A DNA stretch of 64,000 nucleotides from Trueperaceae bacterium (GTDB taxonomy: Bacteria; Deinococcota; Deinococci; Deinococcales; Trueperaceae), in assembly GCA_965215565.1 (NCBI GenBank), contig CBDCDZ010000004.1, positions 2,432,001-2,496,000 of the forward strand, given 5' to 3'. How positions within the stretch are numbered: position 1 is the first letter of the stretch; each line of letters starts with the position of its first letter. A program made the position numbers and the translations under genes. Below are positions 38,501 through 47,621 of the stretch, in pieces. The notes beneath the pieces were generated by a model that was not told the DNA's origin, searched no databases, and was given only the letters and a program-made list of their open reading frames with translations.

Positions 38501-40387
38501 GCGTACATCAATTATCTCCCCGGCGCGGTCCTGTACGCGGAAGATGTCGACGCCGCGCACCTCTCTACGTCGGCTCGAGGACCCCTTGTCAGCCTTGGTG
38601 TAGTAAGAAATCTGCTCCAAAACTTTGCAGCCCAAGTTCTCTAGAATCGGCAACACTTCACTCAAGACGAGCGTGCGCTCTTGGTGATAAATCTTGAGCT
38701 GCGTCGCCTCTTCCCCCTCGTAGCCGTGAACGGGGTTGAGGATGTCCACCCGGTAGGGCGAGTCTCCTAGCGCCTCTAAGTTTTCGATGTCGCGCAGAGC
38801 GACGGCGCTACTCGTGTCCGCCTTGTAGCGCTCGTCGAAGGCGTCCGCGTAGCGCTCCGCCAAGCGTCTACCCGCCGCCTCGCCCTTTTGCGTCATCAGC
38901 CGCTCCAAGAGGTGGTCGCTCCAGGTGCGCGTGAGGTCGGCTACCTCTCCTTCCAACTCAGCCATGTGAAGATCATCTTGACTCTTACTCGTAGTAAAGA
39001 AGAAGTGAAAGCGCACCTGCGCCTCGTCCTCGCCCATCGCGAGCTGATAGTCTACGTGCTCGGCGTCCAGTTTATCCGCCAGAAACCCCTGAATCTCGCG
39101 GCGCACGTCGGCGTTGAAGCGTTCGCGCGGCATGATGACCATCACGGCGAGACCTCTTGCTAGCGGGTCAGGGCGCACCGTGAGCCGCACGCCGCGCTCT
39201 TTAGCCGTATCCATGACCGTGCGGATGTCTTTGTAGAGCTGCGAGGCGTCACTCCAGAAGAGTTCTTCGCGCGGGATGGAGTTGAAAACCGTAACGATGC
39301 GCTTGTAGTCGTGGGAGCCGGGCGTCGCTTTGTCCTTATCCAAGACGAGGCGCAGCTTATGGCGCAAGATAGGGATGTCTTCGACAGACGTGGAGAGCGC
39401 TTTCGAGGTGAAGAGCCCGACGAAGCGCCTTTCGCCCTGCACCTGCCAGTCCTCGCCCATCTTTTTGAGCCCAACGTAGTCCATGCGGGCGGGGCGGTGG
39501 ACGGTGGACTCGGCGTTCGTTTTGGTGACGGTCAAGACCTTGCCGCCCAAGACGCGCTCGCGCAGTCCCTGAGGAATCTCGCCCAATGGGACAGGCTCGG
39601 TGTAGGCGCTCTCTTGCACCTTGCTCAGCACACCCAAGCCCGAGCCCCGGTCCACGACGAGGTGCTGCGCGCCGCGCTGGTCGACGATGTCGTACTCGCG
39701 GTAGCCCAAAAAGACGTAGTTGTCGTCCGCGAGCCAGTCCATGAAGGCGGCGTACTCCTCCAACTCGTCCGCCTGTTTCCGGTTTTGAGTGTGCTCTTGC
39801 AGCCCTTCGAGCGTCCCTCTAAGCTCCTCTGTCTTCGCCCGCATCGCCAGGTAGTCGTCCGTGGCTAAAACGACGTCTTCTAAAACCTCTCGGACGGACG
39901 CCTCTAACGCCTCGCGTTTTTGTGCGTCGTCCTCCCGCCCTAAAAGGTAGAGTTCATACGCCTCTAGTACCTCATCCTCGTCCTGACCTACAGCCACGTC
40001 TGTAATGCCGTCTCCACGTTCGACTTTTAGAATCGGATGTAAGAGGTGGTAGACCTCATATCCCTTACGGCGCAGGGCGGCGCGCACCGAATCCACGATG
40101 AAGGGGCGGTCTTTGAGGGTCAGCTCGAGGGCGGTGTAGGGCGTCTCCCAACCCTCCGCTTCGTAGCTCGGGTTGTAGACGCGCACGCGCACCTCTTCGG
40201 GCGCTTTGTCCTGCATAAAGGAGAGCGCACCCTTGCCCACGGCCAAGAGGCTCTCCGTGTCAAAGGTCTCCAAGAGGTCGGGGCTGGCTTTGTCAAACAA
40301 GAAGCCGACGAACGCTTCTAGTGGATAGTCGGCTCCCTGGCGGTTTCGTTTGATGAACTGCTGCAACTGATTTAGGGTTGCGGGCAC
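35558..40387 (-). CDS. gdhB: Large NAD-specific glutamate dehydrogenase (~1600 aa, GdhB type)
   Basis: VARGGLRWSDR, KNAVIVPVGSKGGF, VAADKGTATFSD, GDMSGDVFGNG, DAIDNSGGV. Confidence 0.95.
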   Translation of the reverse strand: MPATLNQLQQFIKRNRQGADYPLEAFVGFLFDKASPDLLETFDTESLLAVGKGALSFMQDKAPEEVRVRVYNPSYEAEGWETPYTALELTLKDRPFIVDSVRAALRRKGYEVYHLLHPILKVERGDGITDVAVGQDEDEVLEAYELYLLGREDDAQKREALEASVREVLEDVVLATDDYLAMRAKTEELRGTLEGLQEHTQNRKQADELEEYAAFMDWLADDNYVFLGYREYDIVDQRGAQHLVVDRGSGLGVLSKVQESAYTEPVPLGEIPQGLRERVLGGKVLTVTKTNAESTVHRPARMDYVGLKKMGEDWQVQGERRFVGLFTSKALSTSVEDIPILRHKLRLVLDKDKATPGSHDYKRIVTVFNSIPREELFWSDASQLYKDIRTVMDTAKERGVRLTVRPDPLARGLAVMVIMPRERFNADVRREIQGFLADKLDAEHVDYQLAMGEDEAQVRFHFFFTTSKSQDDLHMAELEGEVADLTRTWSDHLLERLMTQKGEAAGRRLAERYADAFDERYKADTSSAVALRDIENLEALGDSPYRVDILNPVHGYEGEEATQLKIYHQERTLVLSEVLPILENLGCKVLEQISYYTKADKGSSSRRREVRGVDIFRVQDRAGEIIDVREHGERLKEALLALLTQSAESDALNRLVLYGSLSVRQVALLSTLQMYYAQLSPGTSRSFVTGTLLNHPDVARLIYRAFDAKFKPGLENRETELEAVQTSFSEALQAVASLSEDQTLRGLFNLVTAAVRTNFFLDKPYISLKLDSSQVTQMPEPRPLFEIAMSSPKVEGTHLRGGKVARGGLRWSDRPDDFRTEVLGLMKTQMTKNAVIVPVGSKGGFIVKNAPADREALREYVRTQYRTYIRSLLDLTDNRVDGKTVQPEGVVAYDAPDPYLVVAADKGTATFSDLANETAAEYGFWLGDAFASGGSHGYDHKEEAITANGAWECVKRHFYEMGTNVYEHGVTIAGIGDMSGDVFGNGLLYTNTLKLQAAFNHLHIFLDPDPDPKKSFEERKRLFEKPRSTWEDYDENLISEGGGVYSRFTKSIALTPQVKVMLDVDADALSGQDLIRAVLKMPVDLLWNGGIGTYVKASSETHADVGDSSNNAVRIDAPELRAKVVGEGGNLGFTQLARTEYAKRGGRINTDAIDNSGGVDMSDHEVNIKIALRPLVGSGELSFMQRNRLLDEMTDEVSASVLRDNYEQSLALSLAERRSQEELPLFASLQDYLAERGPLKPEVEFLPNPRVIGERQRSGEGLTRPELAILLAYTKMGIYRRLLETDFPDEPHFQHYLFDYFPSALSERFPEVIQNHSLRREIIATQFTNTVVDLLGITFVHRSIRDTGASPVEVIRAALVALEILGASDFLERVFALDYEIAADAQYTMLEEFVSAAEDIVAWILLSDVAIRSIPEFVETYKEPMKTLREGLESFLPGGEKDHYQSHKQTFTSLECPNPLAAEAAAMEYLPSAMNIVDVSRVANVSVDEAAKRFYGLGERLSLGVLRDEIAALPSASKWEKIALGGLVMDLRRAQLGLTIRYFEELREGGERGPEGFLETHPRLLKRYDSALAEIRRDDSLTLASGGVLARLLLQTLEEAYRPKPVEER

Positions 40388-40602
40388 GGTTTACCCCTCT
40401 TTCGTTTCTGGCGCAAAAACCGGCATCTTTCACAGGTTGCACCGTTTCGCGGATGAATATAAAAGAGTATAAGCTGAGAATCGGTGTACGATTTCGCCAA
40501 AGTGCACGCTTTAGGAACACAGATTCAAGCTTCCATTTTTAGCCCTACAAGGTGCGGCGTAACGCTATCCGAAAACCGCAAAGGTCTGTTTAGTACAATA
40601 AC

Positions 40603-40713
40603 TAGCAGTTCCACGACATACTGAGACAAAGTGCCGCAGATATCATCTCTGAACGTACGTGCTAGAGCGTGTTGCTCAAAGTGAGAGCGTCTCAAACCAG
40701 ATGATACCTGCTA
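40603..40713 (+). mobile_element. TAGCAG/CTGCTA miniature repeat element, copy 3
   Basis: TAGCAGTTCCAC...ACCAGATGATACCTGCTA with 6-bp terminal inverted repeat. Confidence 0.85.
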
Positions 40714-40781
40714 AACGCTGTGGCACCGAACGACGGCAAAATTATCCACATTGCTAGTCAAGAGATATCAGAAGAAAAACG

Positions 40782-40897
40782 GGTAGTGGTTCTAAGTCGA
40801 ATGCTGCTACGTACTCCCCCTGCTATCTCTACACACTGAACAAGGGGTTGTAACCCCTTGCTTTGACATCAGCGTCATTCCAGATAAAGCCACTACC
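40782..40897 (-). mobile_element. IS1-like MITE with perfect 8-bp target-site duplication GAAAAACG
   Basis: TIR GGTAGTGG...CCACTACC; GAAAAACG at 40774-40781 and 40898-40905; internal hairpin CAAGGGGTTGTAACCCCTTG. Confidence 0.85.
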
Positions 40898-41095
40898 GAA
40901 AAACGAATGTCACACGGTAAATACGAAGCCGGTGAACCTGTTATTTTCAAAGGGAAGAAATACCTCGTGACAAGGGCAGACAGAAGTTTTTCTAAGTCGG
41001 GCGTGGTTTCCCTTTTTACTTTAACGCGCACGTTGTAGAATTCTAATGCAAGCTAATCCACCCCGATAGGGCTCACACTCCGTATACTAAACCCT

Positions 41096-41626
41096 ATGTA
41101 CCTCATAGCAGTTTTCATCCTCGTCGCCATAGACCAGTTTACCAAGTGGTGGGCAGCGAGCACATTCCCCTTAAACGGTCCTGACCTCGCGCTCGGGCTC
41201 GGCTTCCACCTGACCTACACGCGCAACACGGGCGCAGCGTTCGGCATCTTGCAGGGCGGCACATTCCTTTTGGGCATCCTTTCGGCGGTGGTCTCCGCAG
41301 CAATCTTCGTCTACCTCTTGCGCCACGCCCGCACCATGCCTCGGCTGCAACTCGTCGCCTTGACGCTCATTTTAAGTGGCGCAGTCGGCAACATGATCGA
41401 CCGCTTTTTATTGGGCTTCGTGCGCGACTTCATCCACTTCTACGTGCAGGGCTTTAACTACCCGGTATTCAACGTAGCGGACATGTGCGTGGTGGGCGGC
41501 GCGGCGCTGCTCTTACTCTCGAGCTTCTTCGACAAACCACAAGAGGCTGAAGAGAACGAAACAGCGGATTCCGAGCCTTATAGCGGTGCAGAGCCCACCC
41601 GAGCCGACACCCGAAGAGACGCTTAG
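41096..41626 (+). CDS. lspA: Lipoprotein signal peptidase II
   Basis: DQ.TK, NTGAAFG, GN.IDR, V.DF, FNVAD. Confidence 0.95.
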   Translation: MYLIAVFILVAIDQFTKWWAASTFPLNGPDLALGLGFHLTYTRNTGAAFGILQGGTFLLGILSAVVSAAIFVYLLRHARTMPRLQLVALTLILSGAVGNMIDRFLLGFVRDFIHFYVQGFNYPVFNVADMCVVGGAALLLLSSFFDKPQEAEENETADSEPYSGAEPTRADTRRDA

Positions 41627-41635
41627 CGCACCTCT

Positions 41636-42475
41636 TCAGCATCTCAGCCGTAAAAACCGCTCGCGCCGCGCCAGGTCCTTCTCGATCCGGCGCTGCCGCC
41701 AGCTCTCGCACTCGTCAAAGGCAGTGCGCACGTTACGTGGGTCGAGTTCGACGAAGAGCCAAGTGTCCGTTTTAAGCAGGGCGAAAGCGTCACGCGCCAA
41801 CCGTCTAAAATGTGTCAACCCGTCCTCGCCTGAGTAGAGTGCGCCCTGCGGGTCAGCGCGCACCTCCGGGCTAAGCTTGTGGCGGTCCGACTCGGGCAAG
41901 TACGGCGGGTTGGAGATAACGAGGTCAGCGTTTCGAGCGAACGCCCTGACTTCTTCCGACTCTAGAAGATCGGCGACTAAAAAGCGGATATTTAAGCCTA
42001 GATTGGCGGCGTTGGCTCGGGCCACCTCGAGCGCCTCGCCACATATATCCGTCGCCATAACTTCGGCGTTAGGGCGCTCTGCTTTGATCGCGAGCGCGAT
42101 CGCGCCGCTGCCCGTACCGATATCTAAAACTTTGAGCGGCGGACGCCGCCCTAAACGCCGCAAGGCAAGCTCAACCATGCGCTCCGTTTCGGGGCGCGGA
42201 ATGAGCACGTGCGGCGTTACACTAAGTTCTAAGCCGTAAAAGTAGGCGACGCCCAAGATGTGCTGTAGCGGCTCGCGCTCAGTGCGGCGTGAGAGCCAAC
42301 GGCTGAGCTTCGCCTGCTGCAACTCGCTCAGAGGGCGCTGATAGTTGGTGACTATTTCAAGCCGCGACGCGCCCAAAAGATGCTCTAATATGATGAGTGA
42401 CTCGACTCGGTGACTGTCGATTTGAGCAGCCTCGAGGGTCTCTTGCGTCAAAGTAAGTGCTTTCGCTACGTTCAT
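41636..42475 (-). CDS. prmC: Release factor glutamine methyltransferase
   Basis: EPLQHI, VLIPRPETE, DIGTGSGAIA, SNPPY. Confidence 0.95.
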   Translation of the reverse strand: MNVAKALTLTQETLEAAQIDSHRVESLIILEHLLGASRLEIVTNYQRPLSELQQAKLSRWLSRRTEREPLQHILGVAYFYGLELSVTPHVLIPRPETERMVELALRRLGRRPPLKVLDIGTGSGAIALAIKAERPNAEVMATDICGEALEVARANAANLGLNIRFLVADLLESEEVRAFARNADLVISNPPYLPESDRHKLSPEVRADPQGALYSGEDGLTHFRRLARDAFALLKTDTWLFVELDPRNVRTAFDECESWRQRRIEKDLARRERFLRLRC

Positions 42476-42685
42476 AAAATACCTACAATAACAGTAAAAT
42501 TGATTAGGAAATAGTGTATTCGAGACGCCTGTAAGGAAGATACATTCTACCCTACCGATGTGACTATAGTATCATTGGCTAATGTGAAGATATTGTTAAT
42601 AGGGGACGTGGTGGCGGGACGTTTAATGGACGGAACCACACCCCTCTCGAGCGCGCTGCGAGCTTGCCGGCACCAGGCGCGATTT

Positions 42686-42970
42686 TAGCAGTCCCACAAC
42701 ATACTGGGACAAAGTGTCGCTTTCTGAAAGCCCGCAGGGACGTAGTTTTCGCTCTGCGAAGGGTTTCAGTTCGCAGAGCGGTTCCGCTCTCAGACGAAGT
42801 CTAGCGGGACAGCTTCGCTTGAGAACGGAACCTCATCTCGGAACGTGCGTGCTGGCGCACGTCGTCAACAGTGAGAGTGTTTCAAACCACCGTCGCTGCG
42901 CGAGTACTAACGTGAACCAAGCTTTGCGAGGCAGACTTTGATTGCGCGAAGCTTCCGAAGGAACCTGCTA
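42686..42970 (+). mobile_element. TAGCAG/CTGCTA miniature repeat element, copy 4 (longest, 285 bp)
   Basis: TAGCAGTCCCAC...GAACCTGCTA; contains blocks found in all other copies. Confidence 0.8.
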
Positions 42971-42971
42971 T

Positions 42972-43940
42972 TCAGTAAAAAACGGTCCTTGTACGGTGGC
43001 GTGGTTGCGCTTTGTATCTGGAGTCTTGCCCTCTATTCCAGAGCCGCACGTCCAAATTTTGCGCCGTCACGCCCTCTTGGTCACTGCGCAAAACGCTCAC
43101 AAAGCGCTCGACCGCGTGCAGCGCCACAGCGCGAATTTCAACCTCTTCGGGCGAGCCGGGCGCGAGGAGCTGACCCCTTTGAATGCGCCTGGCGAGGTCT
43201 CTATTGAAGCGGAGAACGCCGTCTAAACAGAGCACGTGCGGAACGAGGTTGTCGGCGAATATTGTCAACCTATCCAAGTCTCCAAAATAGCCGTACCCTT
43301 CCCCGTTAAAAGCGAGCGCGAGGTCAGAGGCGGTAATCTGAGCGCGTTTGTAAAGAGGCACGCTGAAGCCTTCGTATGTGGCAACGTCTCTAAAGTAGGG
43401 CATCCCGGTAAGATAGGTTGCCAGACGCTCAGCAGAATGCTCGGCGCTCTCTACAAGCGCGGCGAAGCACCCGTTAAAATGCGCCAAAAGGTAGTCACCT
43501 AAGTCGTTAAGCGCTCGCGTAAAATGCTGCATCAGTTCGGCGCGCACGGGATGTGCTAAGTCTTGACCGAAGAGCCTCGAGCAATCCTCCAGACTCAGCG
43601 TGCTCAGCGCTCGCGCTTCTAAAGGTCCACTTTTACCGAAGTAGTCTTTGAGCGCCGACGCCACCGTGAAATATCCCGACATGCCGGGGCGTTTTTGCAG
43701 GTGCGGAAAATAGCCCGAGCCGAAATTAACGGCGTCCAAGGTAATGATATAGGCGAGCGTGTCGTACGGTGAGCCGACGAAGTGGTGAACGGTGTCGTAA
43801 ACAGGCTCAGGCGTCTCTAAGGGGAGCGAGCGGGCGTAAGCGGCGAGTTCATCCTCGGCTAAGGTGACGTAACGCGAACGCTTCGCCACCTCCGCGCAGG
43901 CCGAGCGGATGTCCGCGAACATACTTTGCGCTTCATGCAT
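42972..43940 (-). CDS. Queuosine salvage family protein (DUF2419, QNG1-like nucleotide N-glycosylase)
   Basis: LDAVNFGSG, F.D, YKRAQI..SD, LTIFADN.VP.VL, EEVEIRA, LD..LW motifs. Confidence 0.88.
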   Translation of the reverse strand: MHEAQSMFADIRSACAEVAKRSRYVTLAEDELAAYARSLPLETPEPVYDTVHHFVGSPYDTLAYIITLDAVNFGSGYFPHLQKRPGMSGYFTVASALKDYFGKSGPLEARALSTLSLEDCSRLFGQDLAHPVRAELMQHFTRALNDLGDYLLAHFNGCFAALVESAEHSAERLATYLTGMPYFRDVATYEGFSVPLYKRAQITASDLALAFNGEGYGYFGDLDRLTIFADNLVPHVLCLDGVLRFNRDLARRIQRGQLLAPGSPEEVEIRAVALHAVERFVSVLRSDQEGVTAQNLDVRLWNRGQDSRYKAQPRHRTRTVFY

Positions 43941-43972
43941 AGCTTAGTCTAACGCAGAAGCTAAACCTTTTT

Positions 43973-44152
43973 TAGCAGGTCTCAGGCGAAGCCTAGCGGA
44001 ACCTCATCTGGTCAGAAACACTCTTACTTTGTAAAACGGCGTTTCGCTCTGCGAAAAGTGCCTAACTAGCGCGCACATTATGAGATAAGGTTCCGCTATT
44101 GCTGCGCAATGAGAACTACGGCAATCTGTCTCAGTATGTTTTGGAACTGCTA
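43973..44152 (-). mobile_element. TAGCAG/CTGCTA miniature repeat element, copy 5
   Basis: TAGCAGG...GTCTCAGTATGTTTTGGAACTGCTA. Confidence 0.8.
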
Positions 44153-44215
44153 TTTGTGCACGAAACGTTGGCAAGAAGTAGCGTCGAGACTTGTCCCGAG
44201 GGCATTTCTATTCAT

Positions 44216-44250
44216 GAAGAATCTCTGACTAAAGGAGTCAGAGATTCTTC
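44216..44250. terminator. Perfect 15-bp hairpin downstream of the symporter gene
   Basis: GAAGAATCTCTGACT-AAAGG-AGTCAGAGATTCTTC; no clear U tract. Confidence 0.55.
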
Positions 44251-44297
44251 GGCTTGGAAAGTTTGATGGAGTAGCTTTACCTGGAGTTGCTCACTGT

Positions 44298-45881
44298 TTA
44301 CCAGAAGGTGATGAGCATGATGACGGTGAGCAAAACGACCGTTGCCGCGTGAACACGGAAGTCAGCGTACCAAGCGACACTACCTTCGGGTTCGGCGTAA
44401 CCGCTGCTAAAGGTCAGCTCGTTGATCTTTTCCTTGCTAGGCGCGCTGCCCAGGTTGAGGCTCGTCACCACACAGATGATACAGCTTACTGTGAAGAGGA
44501 TACCCGCAACATAGAGAAAGTTGATTGTGACAACGCCGGTTTGTACGAGGGCAAAGGTAATCGCGGCAATGACGTGACCCGCGATAAGCGTGATAAACGC
44601 GCTCTGGGCGTTCATCCTATCCCAGAAGAAGCCCACCAAAAAGACTGCAACGATAGGCGAGACGATGTAGGCGAACATCGACTGTATATAGGAGAAGAGA
44701 CCAGGGAAGCCCTGAATAGCAGGTGCCCAAACTGCCGCAACCACCATAAAGCCTAATGTGGCAAATGTACCGAAACGCCGCGCCTCTTTCGGCTCCAAGT
44801 CGCGCCCCATCATCGGCTCGATAAAGTCCAGCGTGAGGAGCGTCGAGGCGGAGTTTAAGGCGGAGTCGACGCTCGAGAGAATCGCCGAAATCAGCCCCGC
44901 CAACACGATGCCCGTTAAACCGATAGGCAAGAACTCCTGAACCAGCGTGGGGAAAACTTGGTCAGGCGACTCTAGGTTAGGTAAGAGCGTCACCGCGAAC
45001 GCGCCGGGGAGCATCATAATGAAGAGCGGCGTGAGCTTGAGGAGCCCTGCTAACATCGCGCCCCAGCGTGCGTTTTGCACGTCTTTCGCGCCTAAAACGC
45101 GCTGCACAATATACTGGTTCAAAATCCAGTAATAGAAACCTAAGAGGGGTACGCCTACAATAAGTCCAGGCCACGGCAACACCTCGTCGGAAATCGGTTT
45201 AACAATGGAGAGGTGTCCTTCAGGTAGCTCTTGAGTGGCTTCACTCCAGGAGAAACCGAACTGAGAAAAGGTGATGATTGCGATAGCTGACGTACCAATG
45301 ATGAGAACAATCGCCTGCAAAACATCCGTATAAACCACCGCCGCGAGCCCCCCCGCCGCTGTGTAGATGCCGCCGATGATCGCTAACGACACGATAAAAA
45401 CGGTTAAGTTGAGGTCCGGGATAAACACCTGCGCAACAAGTGACCCCGCGTAGAGCCCTGCCGCCGTGTCCACCATAACAGCGAGAAAGATGGTGATCGC
45501 CGAAAAATACTTACGTGAACGGGCGTCGAAGCGCTTCTCCAAGAATTCAGGGATAGTCGAGATTCTTGAGCGTAAAAAGAACGGAAAAAAGGTGAACGCG
45601 CCGAAGATGAGCAGGAGCCCCCCCATCCATTCGTACGCCGAGGGTGCCAGGCCTGCACGGTAAGCGTCACCCATAAGACCTACCAGCGTCGAACTCGAGA
45701 TATTCGAGGCGAAGAGCGACATGCCAACTGCCCCCCAACCTAAGCTGCGCCCCGCCAAAAAGAGATCGTCGCCACTTTCAGTACCTTGCGCCACCAAATA
45801 ACCGATGACGAAAATGATAATAAAGTAAGCAGCGATGATAAGAAGATCAATTGTGCTGATTTGGATATCAAGTCCAAACAT
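44298..45881 (-). CDS. Sodium:solute symporter (SGLT-like)
   Basis: FLAGRSL, SLFASNI, YEW, PEFLEKRF, GGL.AVVYTD, NQYIVQR. Confidence 0.92.
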   Translation of the reverse strand: MFGLDIQISTIDLLIIAAYFIIIFVIGYLVAQGTESGDDLFLAGRSLGWGAVGMSLFASNISSSTLVGLMGDAYRAGLAPSAYEWMGGLLLIFGAFTFFPFFLRSRISTIPEFLEKRFDARSRKYFSAITIFLAVMVDTAAGLYAGSLVAQVFIPDLNLTVFIVSLAIIGGIYTAAGGLAAVVYTDVLQAIVLIIGTSAIAIITFSQFGFSWSEATQELPEGHLSIVKPISDEVLPWPGLIVGVPLLGFYYWILNQYIVQRVLGAKDVQNARWGAMLAGLLKLTPLFIMMLPGAFAVTLLPNLESPDQVFPTLVQEFLPIGLTGIVLAGLISAILSSVDSALNSASTLLTLDFIEPMMGRDLEPKEARRFGTFATLGFMVVAAVWAPAIQGFPGLFSYIQSMFAYIVSPIVAVFLVGFFWDRMNAQSAFITLIAGHVIAAITFALVQTGVVTINFLYVAGILFTVSCIICVVTSLNLGSAPSKEKINELTFSSGYAEPEGSVAWYADFRVHAATVVLLTVIMLITFW

Positions 45882-46069
45882 ACCTTTCCTTTCTCCACCT
45901 GTGAATTTCTATACAAAGTATCAAAGGAGATATACGAGAACATGACCTAGAGTCACAATTGTCGTGAAGTGGCGCAAAGTTGTGTAGGACGAAAAAATTC
46001 AGAAGATGCTCGCGTGTACGCTTCGGCGCGAATTGGCAAACACTCACGGAGAAACGAAAACTCGAGCAC

Positions 46070-46096
46070 AAAAAAGGGCGCATTTAGTGCGCCCTT
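46070..46096 (-). terminator. Intrinsic terminator
   Basis: Minus strand AAGGGCGCAC-TAAA-TGCGCCC then TTTTTT. Confidence 0.75.
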
Positions 46097-46124
46097 GAGT
46101 TTGTTCGCTGATCGTCACAGGTAT

Positions 46125-47288
46125 CTAAAAGCGGTAGACAGCCGCCGCAACCCCTTCGCCAGGAACGCCCTCTTTTTGCACCGCGTAGACCGTCCCGCCG
46201 TTCAAGATTGTATGAAGCGCTGCTAAGTCGAGTAAATCGCTGTCGCCGGGTTGCTCTTCGTCGTTCAGCTTGACCTCACGCGCCTCCGGGTCATAGCGCC
46301 CCCAGCGGTGCACGTCTTGCGCCACGAAGAGCGTCTCGATGCGGCTGTCAAAGGCGGCGGGGAGGATGTTCTCTAAGTCATCCGAGGCGTGCTCGGGGTC
46401 AGCGCCCGCTTTATGCATATAGTTATTTTTGTCCTCTTCGCGCTGCCCCTGTAGGTGCGGCTCCACCACGGGCCAGGCTTTCTCGTGGAGCGTCTTGGCG
46501 TCTAGGTTGTCAGGGTTGCCGTCTACATTCTCGTCCAAAAGACCGTTGTAGTGGTTCGCCTCTTGGTAGATAGGAAAGATACCCTTGTCGCCGACGAACA
46601 CGACGGGGATACGACTCCCTTGTGGTTCTAAGATACGCCGCACGCCGTTGTCCAACTCCTTAAAGAAGCGCAGAATGTTGACGTTGCGCTCGTCCTTACC
46701 GCCGCCCTGTCCTTGAAAAACGGCACTTTCGCCGCCGCCACCACGTCCACCTGCGGAGATGGTGTAGTGGTCTAAGCTCGTTTCGGGATCGTCGTATTTA
46801 AGCGCTTCTGCGAGGCTGGTGGGCGTATCCTCCAGCGCGACTTCGCTCACCTCAAAGCGCGTCGCCTCGAAAAGCCGCACGTTGTTGAGGCTCGCCGCCA
46901 AGATGAAGAAGTGCTCGCCCTCCCCTATAAAAGGAAGCATCGGCTTGACATAGAAGTGCTCTGCGACGACAGTGATTTCTTTTGGCGCGAAAGGTAGCTT
47001 GTACTGGCGCTGCTCCTGCTCGCTAAGAAACATCGCGAAGCCCTCGCGCTGATGTTGCCAAAAGTCGTTGTTGTCTACGAGTTGCCGCGCCGAACCGAGC
47101 AACGTGTCAATTCTGCTCGGGTCAATATTATGCTCGTTCAGGCGGCGCTCAGCCTCTTGCAAGCGGTTCTTAAAGCGGATGGGGTTTTCGCGCGTGTCGG
47201 CTCCCGCCATGTGGGTAGGCATATAGATGGAGACGTTGAGCCCTGTCTGTACGCCGAGCGTTTTAAGTTCTTCTTTCGTTGGGACCAT
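46125..47288 (-). CDS. Bacterial archaeo-eukaryotic release factor (baeRF) family protein
   Basis: VSIYMPTH..G...ENPIRFKN, FYVKP, GNPD, RIETLFV, GGTVY..AA.YRF. Confidence 0.82.
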   Translation of the reverse strand: MVPTKEELKTLGVQTGLNVSIYMPTHMAGADTRENPIRFKNRLQEAERRLNEHNIDPSRIDTLLGSARQLVDNNDFWQHQREGFAMFLSEQEQRQYKLPFAPKEITVVAEHFYVKPMLPFIGEGEHFFILAASLNNVRLFEATRFEVSEVALEDTPTSLAEALKYDDPETSLDHYTISAGGRGGGGESAVFQGQGGGKDERNVNILRFFKELDNGVRRILEPQGSRIPVVFVGDKGIFPIYQEANHYNGLLDENVDGNPDNLDAKTLHEKAWPVVEPHLQGQREEDKNNYMHKAGADPEHASDDLENILPAAFDSRIETLFVAQDVHRWGRYDPEAREVKLNDEEQPGDSDLLDLAALHTILNGGTVYAVQKEGVPGEGVAAAVYRF

Positions 47289-47551
47289 CTTGACCTCTCT
47301 GTTCTCGAGTCTAACTGCTTAATCGGTTACGCTTAGTGAATTACAGTTGCGTCGTAACACTGCTTTACAAGGTAACGTTCAGAGTTGCACAGCGCTTTTT
47401 GCGTGACTGTAGCGCAGTCATAAGAGACGACGTTCTAAGTTGAAGCAGAGTGGGGTTTATCACGTTGAGTGTGGGTTGATTTTGTCCCGCCAACCTTGCT
47501 CAACCTCTTCGGACTTTGACAACTATCTCTCTTAACAAGGGCGTGCGCGGC

Positions 47552-47579
47552 GTAGGGACGATTCGCGAATTGCCCCTAC
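47552..47579. repeat. GTAG-type REP hairpin
   Basis: GTAGGGACGATTCGCGAATTGCCCCTAC. Confidence 0.65.
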
Positions 47580-47621
47580 TACATTCGGACGTTTGCAAGT
47601 TGATGGACTCGAGCCCCAACC

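Noticed and set aside
40742..40750. Perfect DnaA box TTATCCACA
   Set aside because: Single isolated copy, compatible with chance.
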